Shown here: positions 1-8,126 of the stretch, piece by piece
How positions within the stretch are numbered: position 1 is the first letter of the stretch
Layout of the letters: the number at the start of each line of letters is the position of its first letter
Assembly (NCBI GenBank): GCA_039975135.1
Contig: JBDWHS010000002.1
Coordinates: 41,479 to 105,478 of the forward strand
Length of the DNA: 64,000 nucleotides
Origin: Sneathiella sp.
GTDB taxonomy: Bacteria > Pseudomonadota > Alphaproteobacteria > Sneathiellales > Sneathiellaceae
Direction of reading: 5' to 3'
Program-made: the position numbers and the translations under genes
The notes under the pieces: generated by a model
Databases searched by the model: none
What the model was told of the DNA's origin: nothing
What the model saw: only the letters and a program-made list of their open reading frames with translations

Positions 1-270
1 CAAATTTAGCGGTGGGGGGAGAGAAATATCATAAAATGAGGAAAATCGGAAATAAAATGTGGAATTCCAAAATCTGAAAGCCACATTTGTTGAAATTATG
101 AGAGTATAAGCCCCATTTTTTTGTCTCGCTTTAAGTGTATGTGAAAAAACGGTTGAGATCAGAGGGCGAAAGTGAGTAAATAACGCGCGGTATGGAGACT
201 GAATTCAAAACCGGAAATTCAGACCCCGTACCAACCTTTTCACCATAGTCATGTAACGGGATTTTTTTTA

Positions 271-1662
271 ATGTCCGATAGTTTGAAAACCTACAGCCCG
301 GTAGACGGGAGCCTTTATGTCGAACGGCCCTATATGTCCGAGGATCAGATCCCGGCGCTGATTGAGAAAGCCACGGTTGCCCAGACAGAATGGCGGCAAA
401 AATCGGTGGCGGAACGGGTGGAAATTTTGACCCGTTGCGTCGAGGTTTTCGAAAGTAAAAAAGAAAAGATCGCTGAGGAGCTGGCATGGCAGATGGGCCG
501 TCCCATTCGCTATGGTGCCGGAGAAGTCGGCGGCTTTGTCGAGCGGGCATCTCACATGATCTCGATCGCTGAGAAGTCTCTGGCAGATGTTGCTGTTGAG
601 GAGAAAGAAGGATTCACCCGCTACATCAAGCGCGAACCCCTGGGTGTTGTCTTCACCATCGCCCCATGGAATTTCCCTTATATGACAGCCGTGAACTCCA
701 TTGTTCCTGCCCTGATGGCTGGAAATGCGGTTATTCTGAAGCATGCAACGCAGACTCATCTTTGCGGTGAGACCATCCAGGAAGCCTTTACTGAGGCAGG
801 CCTGCCAGAAGGATTGCTGCAGCTGGTTGTCGCAACCCATTCATTCGCTGCAAAAATTATTCAGTCCGGCGGCGTGAATTTTGTTGCCTTTACGGGTTCT
901 GTTCCGGGCGGTGCTGCGATTGAAACGGCGGCAACGGGACGGTTTATTGGTGTTGGTTTGGAGCTTGGCGGTAAGGACCCGGCTTATGTGCGTGTGGATG
1001 CTGATCCTCTGTTTGCGGCGGAAAATCTGGTGGACGGTGCCATGTTCAATTCCGGACAGTCCTGTTGCGGGATTGAGCGAATTTATGTTCATGAAGCTGT
1101 CTATGATGCGTTTGTGGACAGCGTTGTTAAGACCGTTAATGACTATGTTTTGGGATCCCCTGTTGATCCGGACACAACTCTTGGGCCTTGCGTTAATGCC
1201 AAGGCAGCGGATTTTGTCCGCGGGCAAGTCAAAGATGCGGTTGCTGCCGGGGCGAAAGCTCTGATTGACCCTTCCACATTCTCTGCAGACAAGGAAGGCA
1301 CACCTTATCTGGCGCCGCAGGTTCTGATCGATGTGGATCACAGCATGCGGGTCATGACAGAAGAGAGTTTTGGCCCGGTTGTCGGTATCATGAAAGTGTC
1401 CTCAGATGAAGAGGCGATTGCCCTGATGAACGATAGTGAGTTTGGTTTGACAGCCTCTGTCTGGACTAATGATGAGGCGGCAGCCATTTCAATCGGGGAT
1501 CAGGTGAATACCGGAACCTGGTTTATGAACCGGTGCGACTATCTTGATCCTGCTCTGGCCTGGACCGGTGTCAAAAATTCCGGACGAGGCTGTACCCTGT
1601 CCGCCGTTGGCTATGAAAGCCTGACGCGCCCCAAATCCTATCACTTGCGTACAAAAATTTAA
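271..1662 (+). CDS. NAD(P)+-dependent aldehyde dehydrogenase family protein (substrate unknown)
   Basis: 463-aa ORF. ALDH hallmarks in the translation: FTGSVPGG, LELGGKDP (general-base region), FNSGQSCCGIERIYV (nucleophile Cys region). Next gene starts 10 nt after its TAA. Confidence 0.85.
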   Translation: MSDSLKTYSPVDGSLYVERPYMSEDQIPALIEKATVAQTEWRQKSVAERVEILTRCVEVFESKKEKIAEELAWQMGRPIRYGAGEVGGFVERASHMISIAEKSLADVAVEEKEGFTRYIKREPLGVVFTIAPWNFPYMTAVNSIVPALMAGNAVILKHATQTHLCGETIQEAFTEAGLPEGLLQLVVATHSFAAKIIQSGGVNFVAFTGSVPGGAAIETAATGRFIGVGLELGGKDPAYVRVDADPLFAAENLVDGAMFNSGQSCCGIERIYVHEAVYDAFVDSVVKTVNDYVLGSPVDPDTTLGPCVNAKAADFVRGQVKDAVAAGAKALIDPSTFSADKEGTPYLAPQVLIDVDHSMRVMTEESFGPVVGIMKVSSDEEAIALMNDSEFGLTASVWTNDEAAAISIGDQVNTGTWFMNRCDYLDPALAWTGVKNSGRGCTLSAVGYESLTRPKSYHLRTKI

Positions 1663-1672
1663 GGAAGAGTTG

Positions 1673-2851
1673 ATGTCTGACGCTTTAGATAACACGCGGG
1701 GAAACTGGAACTACCCGACAGCCGTTCGTTTTGGCACGGGCAGAGCCGCTGAGATCGGTGATGCCTGTAAAGAGCTTGGCATGAGTAACCCGTTGTTGGT
1801 GACAGATCCGGGACTTGCGGCGCTTCCAATGATCGCGGACGCTGTTAGATGCTGTGAAGCTGCTGGCCTTAAATGTGCCGTTTACAGTGACGTGAAACCC
1901 AATCCTGTTGGCAAGAATGTTGACGACGGTGTTGCTGCCTATAAGGCTGGTGGTCATGATGGTGTCATCGCATTCGGTGGGGGTTCCGGTTTGGATGCCG
2001 CCAAGGCGATTGCGTTGCTAGTGGGTCAAAATCGCCCGCTTTTCGATTTTGAGGATGCTGGGGATAACTGGACCCGGGTTGTTGAAGAAGGTGTTGCTCC
2101 GATCGTGGCCGTACCGACAACATCCGGTACCGGATCAGAAGTCGGCCGTGCCTCCCTGATCACGGATGAAGAAAATCATGTGAAGAAGATCATCTTCCAT
2201 CCGAAGATGCTACCAGCCATTGTGGTTGCAGATCCTGCATTGACTGAAGGCCTGCCGGCTCACATCACGGCAGCAACCGGTATGGATGCTCTGTCACATA
2301 ATCTGGAGGCCTATTGCTCCCCGCATTTTCATCCGATGGCCGAAGGGATCGCGGTTGAGGGAATACGTCTGGTGAAAGAATATTTGCCAGCAGCAACCGA
2401 AAACGGATCAGATCTGATCGCTCGCAGTCAGATGATGATTGCCTCTACAATGGGAGCAACAGCCTTCCAGCGTGGACTTGGCGGTATGCATGCCCTCGCG
2501 CATCCGCTCGGTGCCTTGTATGATGCCCACCATGGTATGCTGAACGCTATTTTGATGCCGTATGTTCTGATTAGAAACCGACCCGCGATCGAGGATAGAA
2601 TGGGACGGCTCGCCGCTTTCATTGGTTTGGAGGAGGCGAATTTCGACGGCTTCCTGAACTGGGTTCTGGATTTGCGCAAAACGGTCAATATTCCGAATGA
2701 TCTGGGTGCTATTGACATTGATGATGCGCAGGCAGAGCTGGTCGGCAAAATGGCGACGGAAGATCCATCTGCGGGCGGAAATCCGATCCAATTGACGGCA
2801 GAAGAATACACAGAAGTGTTTTTGAAAGCTGTTAAAGGCGATCTTGGATAA
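1673..2851 (+). CDS. Iron-containing (group III) alcohol dehydrogenase
   Basis: ATG at 1673 lies 5 nt after AAGGAAG; the ORF track's 1670 is a TTG. GGGSGLDAAK dinucleotide motif. His-rich metal site (MDALSHNLEAY, GGMHALAHPLG, HHG). Confidence 0.85.
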   Translation: MSDALDNTRGNWNYPTAVRFGTGRAAEIGDACKELGMSNPLLVTDPGLAALPMIADAVRCCEAAGLKCAVYSDVKPNPVGKNVDDGVAAYKAGGHDGVIAFGGGSGLDAAKAIALLVGQNRPLFDFEDAGDNWTRVVEEGVAPIVAVPTTSGTGSEVGRASLITDEENHVKKIIFHPKMLPAIVVADPALTEGLPAHITAATGMDALSHNLEAYCSPHFHPMAEGIAVEGIRLVKEYLPAATENGSDLIARSQMMIASTMGATAFQRGLGGMHALAHPLGALYDAHHGMLNAILMPYVLIRNRPAIEDRMGRLAAFIGLEEANFDGFLNWVLDLRKTVNIPNDLGAIDIDDAQAELVGKMATEDPSAGGNPIQLTAEEYTEVFLKAVKGDLG

Positions 2852-2935
2852 CCTGCTGATTTCCTGGCAGGGGGTGTGCCGAATATCCTCGCCAGGAAAA
2901 ACGTAGGTGTCTTCTTATAGTGTGAAGAGGTTTTG

Positions 2936-3736
2936 ATGAAGGTGATCTGTTTGAACGGGTGGGGAGGGAAACTTCATGATGAACTCGTCTCCTTTCTCTC
3001 GATCGAACAGCCAGACGTTTTGTGCTTGCAAGAGGTTGTGCATAGTCCTGCAACAGATTTGGATTGGCTAACCTATCGGGACGGTGACCATATCCTGCTT
3101 CAAAGGGCAAATTTCTTTCGGAATGTTTCGGACATACTCCCTGATCATGTCGCAACATTTTGTCCAGCTGCTCAGGGCGTTTTGTGGGATGATGATGTGC
3201 CGATACCGTCTCAATGGGGGCTGGCGACATTCGTTCGTAACGATTTGCCTGTTATCGGCCAAGCACAAGGGTTTGTTCATAAAGGCTTTTCTTCCCATGG
3301 ATATGGTGAACATCCACGGTCGCGCACAGCACATGCCGTTAGGCTCTACGACTATGACAAGGGGAGGGCCGTGAGTATCGCTCACATGCATGGTTTGCGT
3401 GATTTGAGGGGAAAAATGGATACGCCTGAGCGTCTTCTGCAGGTGCAGCGTTTGTATGAATTATCATCCCGTGTTTCTGGGCAAGATGACCTAAGGATTA
3501 TTTGTGGTGATTTCAACGTTGAGAAGGATAGCGAGACTCTTGATTTCCTGAGGCAACGAGGCTTTGCGGAGCTTGTGACAGGCTTTGAGTTCGAAGGCAC
3601 CAGAAACTCTCAGTACCGCAAACCTGGAAGATATGCAGATTACATGCTTATCAATCGGCGAAATGCATTGAAGGATTTCAATGTGATTTATGATCCTGAA
3701 GTATCAGATCATTGCCCATTAATACTCGAAATCTAA
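2936..3736 (+). CDS. Endonuclease/exonuclease/phosphatase (EEP) fold hydrolase, no signal peptide
   Basis: EEP motifs LCLQEV, ICGDFN and C-terminal SDHCPL. RBS GAAGAGG lies 5 nt upstream of ATG 2936. Confidence 0.75.
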   Translation: MKVICLNGWGGKLHDELVSFLSIEQPDVLCLQEVVHSPATDLDWLTYRDGDHILLQRANFFRNVSDILPDHVATFCPAAQGVLWDDDVPIPSQWGLATFVRNDLPVIGQAQGFVHKGFSSHGYGEHPRSRTAHAVRLYDYDKGRAVSIAHMHGLRDLRGKMDTPERLLQVQRLYELSSRVSGQDDLRIICGDFNVEKDSETLDFLRQRGFAELVTGFEFEGTRNSQYRKPGRYADYMLINRRNALKDFNVIYDPEVSDHCPLILEI

Positions 3737-3776
3737 CTTTTAGATCTCCCGTTCGCGTGTCAGATAAGATCTTCTA

Positions 3777-4640
3777 TCAGCCATATAAAATAACAACAAT
3801 AATACCGGCAGACAAAATGGCAGAGGCCACAAGGCGTCGTGCAATGGCTCCTTCATTGAGGAAATAGCCCCCCAAGATAACGGAAAGCGGTATGGATGCC
3901 TGTCTGACTGTTGTCACAGAGGCGACATCACCTCCTAAATTATAAGCCGTCAGGATGAGAATATAGGATCCATAAACACACAGAATGATCTGAAGATATA
4001 AAACAGGTTTCGCAAACAGGTTGGTAATACCCATGAGCTTCGGGGGGCGATGGCCGGATGCCATATGTACAGCGATCAGAATGGGCCAGCAAATCAGTTG
4101 CACCCAGAAAAATAGAACAGGCGGTTCAATCGTCAGCATGAGTTGAGAATCTGACAGGGAGTAAATCCCGGTTCCGCACATGGCAAGAACGGCCAATGCG
4201 AGAATATGCCAGTCGTCAAACAGATTTGTTCCTCGTCGATATAAGAGTAAAATAGCGCCGAACAGAACGAATGCGATACCTGCAAGAACGATCAGAGGAT
4301 AGCTTTTTCCCAGAACCAGAAAGCTGAACCCTACTATAAAAACCGGGGAGGCGCGAATGATCGGATAATAGGCCGAGAGATCGCCACGCTTCAAAGTGGC
4401 GGCGAGGGCCAGGTTATACAAGACCTGACCCGCAACGGATCCGGCGACCAGCATCCATTCAGCGGGAGACAGCCAGAAACGAGCCCCCAGAAGATGACCA
4501 TGAAGGAAGCCGACCAGCGAAATTCCAAAGGACAAGGTGATGAAGGCAACTTCAGGCTCATTGTCTTTTTTAACCAGCAAGTTCCAAAGTGGGTGAAGTG
4601 CTGCAGAGAGCAACACCAGGAGGGTTATGGTGAGTGTCAC
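3777..4640 (-). CDS. EamA/DMT-superfamily transporter
   Basis: 287-aa very hydrophobic ORF with two similar halves of TM helices. Its start overlaps the upstream LysR stop by 4 nt (4637-4640), so the two are co-transcribed. Confidence 0.75.
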   Translation of the reverse strand: MTLTITLLVLLSAALHPLWNLLVKKDNEPEVAFITLSFGISLVGFLHGHLLGARFWLSPAEWMLVAGSVAGQVLYNLALAATLKRGDLSAYYPIIRASPVFIVGFSFLVLGKSYPLIVLAGIAFVLFGAILLLYRRGTNLFDDWHILALAVLAMCGTGIYSLSDSQLMLTIEPPVLFFWVQLICWPILIAVHMASGHRPPKLMGITNLFAKPVLYLQIILCVYGSYILILTAYNLGGDVASVTTVRQASIPLSVILGGYFLNEGAIARRLVASAILSAGIIVVILYG

Positions 4641-5542
4641 GAAAGGGTACTTTCCGCGGGAAGAGAAGAGGGACTTTCTGGTGGGATATTATTGCTTTTG
4701 AGGAAGGCCTTGACGCTACGGATGTCCAGTTTCTCCTTTAGACAAACAAGAGATTCTGTCATTTTGGCAGAGCAATCGAGCAGGGGGATAGAAACCAGGC
4801 GGGAATCAAAGCCAAATTCGGGTTTGCTGACGATCCCGACGCCGATATTGGCAGCAACGGCTTCCTTGGCAGCTTCCCGTCCCTGAACTTCGAGAGCGAC
4901 GTTCAACTCCAGTCCGGCCTTCTCAAATTCTTCTTCCACATGATTGCGGGTGCGTGAGCCCGTCTCTCGCAGGATAAGCTCTGCCCCTCCTGCCAGGTCT
5001 TTTAAGGAAATTCCGGTACGTGTCGCCCAGGGGTGGGATTTGGAGACAAAGGCGACCAACGGGTCCTCGCAGAGTGTCACGGAGTGAAATCGGTCATCTT
5101 CCTGCATGTCAGCAACAATGCCGATATCGAATGAGAAGTTAAGCAGGCCATCCAGAATTTCCTCAGCATTGCCCATATGCAGGGCGACGGAGATGCCCGA
5201 ATAGTCCTGTTTGAACCGGCCAACCAGAGGAATAACATGGAGCGGGGTATCGGCTGCTATATTCAGATGCCCTTTTTCCAGCTTCTGATGGGCCGACAAA
5301 AGATCGATAGCTTGTTTCTCGAGCTGGAATTTGCGCTGGGTAATCTCAAGAAGTTGCTCTCCCAACTGTGTCATGCGAACGACTCGCTTGTGCCGGTGAA
5401 ACAGCAGAACGTTAAACCGCTCTTCCAGCTTCTTAACCTGATCCGACAAGGCTGGCTGTGTCAGGCCCAGATAATCAGCAGCTTTTGAAAAGCCACCTTG
5501 TGTGGCAACAGCGTGAAAAGCACGCAGTTGAGAGTAATACAT
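4637..5542 (-). CDS. LysR-family transcriptional regulator, AEP-catabolism-associated type
   Basis: N-terminal wHTH (FSKAADYLGLTQPALSDQVKKLE) plus a LysR substrate-binding domain. Divergent from the AEP ABC/phnW operon. Confidence 0.8.
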   Translation of the reverse strand: MYYSQLRAFHAVATQGGFSKAADYLGLTQPALSDQVKKLEERFNVLLFHRHKRVVRMTQLGEQLLEITQRKFQLEKQAIDLLSAHQKLEKGHLNIAADTPLHVIPLVGRFKQDYSGISVALHMGNAEEILDGLLNFSFDIGIVADMQEDDRFHSVTLCEDPLVAFVSKSHPWATRTGISLKDLAGGAELILRETGSRTRNHVEEEFEKAGLELNVALEVQGREAAKEAVAANIGVGIVSKPEFGFDSRLVSIPLLDCSAKMTESLVCLKEKLDIRSVKAFLKSNNIPPESPSSLPAESTLS

Positions 5543-5553
5543 AAGTTTGACCT

Positions 5554-5580
5554 ATAAGTTTCATAAAATAAAAAACTTAT
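5554..5580. promoter_or_regulatory. LysR-type T-N11-A operator candidate (ATAAGTTT-N11-AAACTTAT)
   Basis: Perfect 8-bp inverted repeat, 5554-5561 and 5573-5580, with an 11-nt spacer, just upstream of the LysR start. An extra direct copy of ATAAGTTT at 5541-5548 overlaps the LysR start codon. Confidence 0.45.
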
Positions 5581-5610
5581 GTTTATGTTAAGAGCCGGGC
5601 TATTCTGTGG

Positions 5611-5636
5611 TCAAGAGATAAGGGAGTATCTCTTGA
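5611..5636. promoter_or_regulatory. 10-bp perfect inverted repeat (TCAAGAGATA-agggag-TATCTCTTGA) in the divergent phn control region
   Basis: Arms read directly at 5611-5620 and 5627-5636. No U-tract follows, so I call it an operator or RNA hairpin rather than a terminator. Confidence 0.3.
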
Positions 5637-5883
5637 ATAAACCTCATAAATGTGGAATTTTTGTGCATAATATTGGGAATTGGCACAAAATATGTCGCTT
5701 AGCGCAAAAAAATAAGGGAGATTTTGAACAAATATTAAATTAGAGTTGCAAATTGATGATTGTCATAAAACCATAACAAAATGCCTTCATTAGTGCAGCG
5801 TATATCCAGAAGGGAATTTTCAACCCGCCTGAGGGTGGAGGATCTACTGGAGTTATTGGACGTCTAACAGAACGGAGCTAACC

Positions 5884-6906
5884 ATGAAATCTCATATTCT
5901 CACATCAATTCTGGCCAGCGTGGCAGGGGCCTTTGTTGCGACTTCTGTCGCCAGTGCAGCCGAACTGACTGTTTACACAGCCGTTGAAGCGGAAGATCTG
6001 AAAAAATATGCCGCCAAATTCAATGAAGATCATCCGGATATCAAAATTAACTGGGTTCGGGATTCAACCGGCATTATCACAGCGAAATTGCTGGCTGAGA
6101 AAAACAATCCAAAAGCAGATATCGTCTGGGGCCTGGCAGCAACAAGCTTGATGTTGCTCGGAGAAGAGGGGATGCTGGAAGCCTATTCACCTAAAGGCGT
6201 TGAAAAACTGGATCCAAAATTCCGCGATTCTGCAACGCCAACCAAATGGACAGGCATGGATGCCTGGGTTGCGTCTGTCTGTTATAATACAGTTGAAGCC
6301 AAGAAAGCGGGCCTTCCTGTTCCGACATCCTGGAAAGACCTGACAAAACCTGTCTACAAAAACCAGGTCATCATGCCAAACCCGAATTCTTCAGGCACGG
6401 GCTTCCTGGATGTTTCTTCCTGGTTGCAGCTGTTCGGTGAAGACGGTGGCTGGAAATTTATGGATGGCCTGCATAGCAATATTGCACGATATACCCATTC
6501 AGGTTCAAAGCCTTGTAAACTGGCTGCCGCCGGTGAAATTCCGATCGGTATTTCTTTTGCTTTCCGTGGCGCTAAATCGAAAGCAAAGGGTGCTCCTCTT
6601 GAAATCATCGTGCCAACTGAAGGTGTTGGATGGGACATGGAAGCAACAGCGATCATAAAAGGATCTAAAAACCTGGACGCTGCTAAAACGCTGGCAGACT
6701 GGACCGTCACCAAAAAAGCCAATGAAATGTATAACAAAGGCTATGCCGTTGTTGCTTATCCAGGTGTTGCAAAACCAGTCAAGCATTTCCCGCCGCAGAT
6801 CGCGACAGCTATGATCAAAAACGATTTTGCCTGGGCTGCGAAGAATCGCAAAGCCATTCTTGCTGAATGGCAGAAACGCTACGATTCAAAGTCTGATCCT
6901 AAATAG
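5884..6906 (+). CDS. Periplasmic substrate-binding protein, Fe3+/2-aminoethylphosphonate (PhnS2-like) family
   Basis: Signal peptide MKSHILTSILASVAGAFVATSVASA. 340 aa. First gene of the operon that ends in phnW. Confidence 0.75.
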   Translation: MKSHILTSILASVAGAFVATSVASAAELTVYTAVEAEDLKKYAAKFNEDHPDIKINWVRDSTGIITAKLLAEKNNPKADIVWGLAATSLMLLGEEGMLEAYSPKGVEKLDPKFRDSATPTKWTGMDAWVASVCYNTVEAKKAGLPVPTSWKDLTKPVYKNQVIMPNPNSSGTGFLDVSSWLQLFGEDGGWKFMDGLHSNIARYTHSGSKPCKLAAAGEIPIGISFAFRGAKSKAKGAPLEIIVPTEGVGWDMEATAIIKGSKNLDAAKTLADWTVTKKANEMYNKGYAVVAYPGVAKPVKHFPPQIATAMIKNDFAWAAKNRKAILAEWQKRYDSKSDPK

Positions 6907-6935
6907 GCTTGTGCCTCAATAAAGATGTACCTGCA

Positions 6936-6972
6936 GATGGTCCCGCTCAATGTCGGGCGGGACCATCGTTTT
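6936..6972 (+). terminator. Intrinsic terminator/attenuator hairpin after the binding-protein gene
   Basis: 11-bp GC-rich stem GATGGTCCCGC / GCGGGACCATC (6936-6946, 6957-6967), 10-nt loop, followed by GTTTTGAG. Confidence 0.55.
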
Positions 6973-7020
6973 GAGTTAGATTGCGTACTTTTGCGCGCCA
7001 GGGAAATGTGAGTGGTAACA

Positions 7021-8121
7021 ATGGATAACCGTGGGCATGATGCGGAACTGAGCCCGTATCTGAAAGCTGAAAACATCACGAAGAATTTCGGTACTTTCAC
7101 CGCACTGGACGATATCTCTCTTGAGGTGTTCGAGGGAGAGTTCGTTTGTTTTCTGGGACCTTCCGGATGCGGGAAAACCACGTTACTGAGGGCCATTGCG
7201 GGTCTGGATATCCAGACCGCCGGACGTATTTTTCAAGGCGGAAAAGAAATCTCAAACCTGCCGGCGTCCGAACGGGATTTTGGGATTGTTTTCCAATCTT
7301 ATGCGCTTTTCCCCAATTTGAGTGTCTCTGACAATGTGGGGTATGGCCTGGTTAATATGCGATCCGTCAAATCGGAGGTTACTGAGCGGGTCAATACTCT
7401 GCTCTCCCTCGTTGGATTGACCGATCAGGGGAATAAATACCCTGCCCAGCTTTCTGGCGGACAACAACAACGAGTCGCCCTTGCCCGGGCTCTTGCCATG
7501 TCACCAGGGCTCTTGTTATTGGACGAGCCTCTGTCGGCTTTGGATGCCAAGGTTCGGATCCATTTGCGCCATGAAATGAAAGAATTGCAGCGGCGTTTGG
7601 GCGTTACGACCATCATGGTTACCCATGATCAGGAAGAGGCCCTTACAATGGCGGACCGTATTGTCGTCATGAATGATGGAGTGATTGAACAAGTCGGAAC
7701 GCCCGAAGAAATCTATCGCCATCCGGCGAGCCCGTTTGTTGCCGAATTTGTCGGCACCATGAATTTCCTGAAAGCTCAAAAGAGCACAGACGGTAAGGTT
7801 CTGCTGGGCGGTCATGCTCTAAGCGTCAGCGATGTTGAAAGAGAGAAGTTAAACGGGTCGAGTGTTTTAGCCTGTGTCCGCCCGGAAGATATTTCGGTGC
7901 GAAACGTGGATGAAAATACGACCAACTCTTTTGAGGTAACGGTTAAGGATCTCGAATTCCTTGGCTCTTTCTGCCGTGCTTCCCTGGATTATGGAGACGG
8001 GGACAGCGATATCAATGCTGATTTCTCGATCAACCTGGTGAGGGACAAGAATATCGCCGTTGGCGGGGTGGTTCGCGTCGCCCTTCCGGAAAACCGTATT
8101 CATATCTTTTCGCAAAGGTAA
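7021..8121 (+). CDS. ABC transporter ATP-binding protein (PhnT2/PotA-like)
   Basis: Walker A GPSGCGKTT, signature LSGGQQQRVALAR, Walker B LLLLDEPLSALD, C-terminal TOBE-like region. Start could instead be GTG 7012. Confidence 0.85.
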   Translation: MDNRGHDAELSPYLKAENITKNFGTFTALDDISLEVFEGEFVCFLGPSGCGKTTLLRAIAGLDIQTAGRIFQGGKEISNLPASERDFGIVFQSYALFPNLSVSDNVGYGLVNMRSVKSEVTERVNTLLSLVGLTDQGNKYPAQLSGGQQQRVALARALAMSPGLLLLDEPLSALDAKVRIHLRHEMKELQRRLGVTTIMVTHDQEEALTMADRIVVMNDGVIEQVGTPEEIYRHPASPFVAEFVGTMNFLKAQKSTDGKVLLGGHALSVSDVEREKLNGSSVLACVRPEDISVRNVDENTTNSFEVTVKDLEFLGSFCRASLDYGDGDSDINADFSINLVRDKNIAVGGVVRVALPENRIHIFSQR

Positions 8122-8126
8122 GGCCG

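Noticed and set aside
55-66. Exact 12-mer AAATGTGGAATT shared between the region upstream of the ALDH gene (55-66, part of the 8-bp inverted repeat AAATGTGG/CCACATTT at 55-62 and 81-88) and the phn divergent region (5648-5659).
   Set aside because: With about 4 kb of AT-rich intergenic sequence, roughly one exact 12-mer coincidence is expected by chance. The inverted-repeat partner is missing at the second site. I have kept it only as a note.
2861-2898. Weak hairpins considered as terminators: TTCCTGGC/GCCAGGAA at 2861-2898, GAGTTTA/TAAACTC at 39067-39085, CAAC/GTTG plus T5 at 47364-47382, CCTAA/TTAGG after paaE.
   Set aside because: The stems are short or AT-rich, the loops are long, or U-tracts are missing. 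This is too weak to call from sequence alone.
5681-5698. Possible sigma-54 promoter (TGGCAC at 5681-5686) upstream of the AEP importer.
   Set aside because: The -12 element at the required spacing reads ATGT rather than TTGC. No sigma-54 enhancer-binding protein is encoded nearby, and the locus has a LysR regulator.
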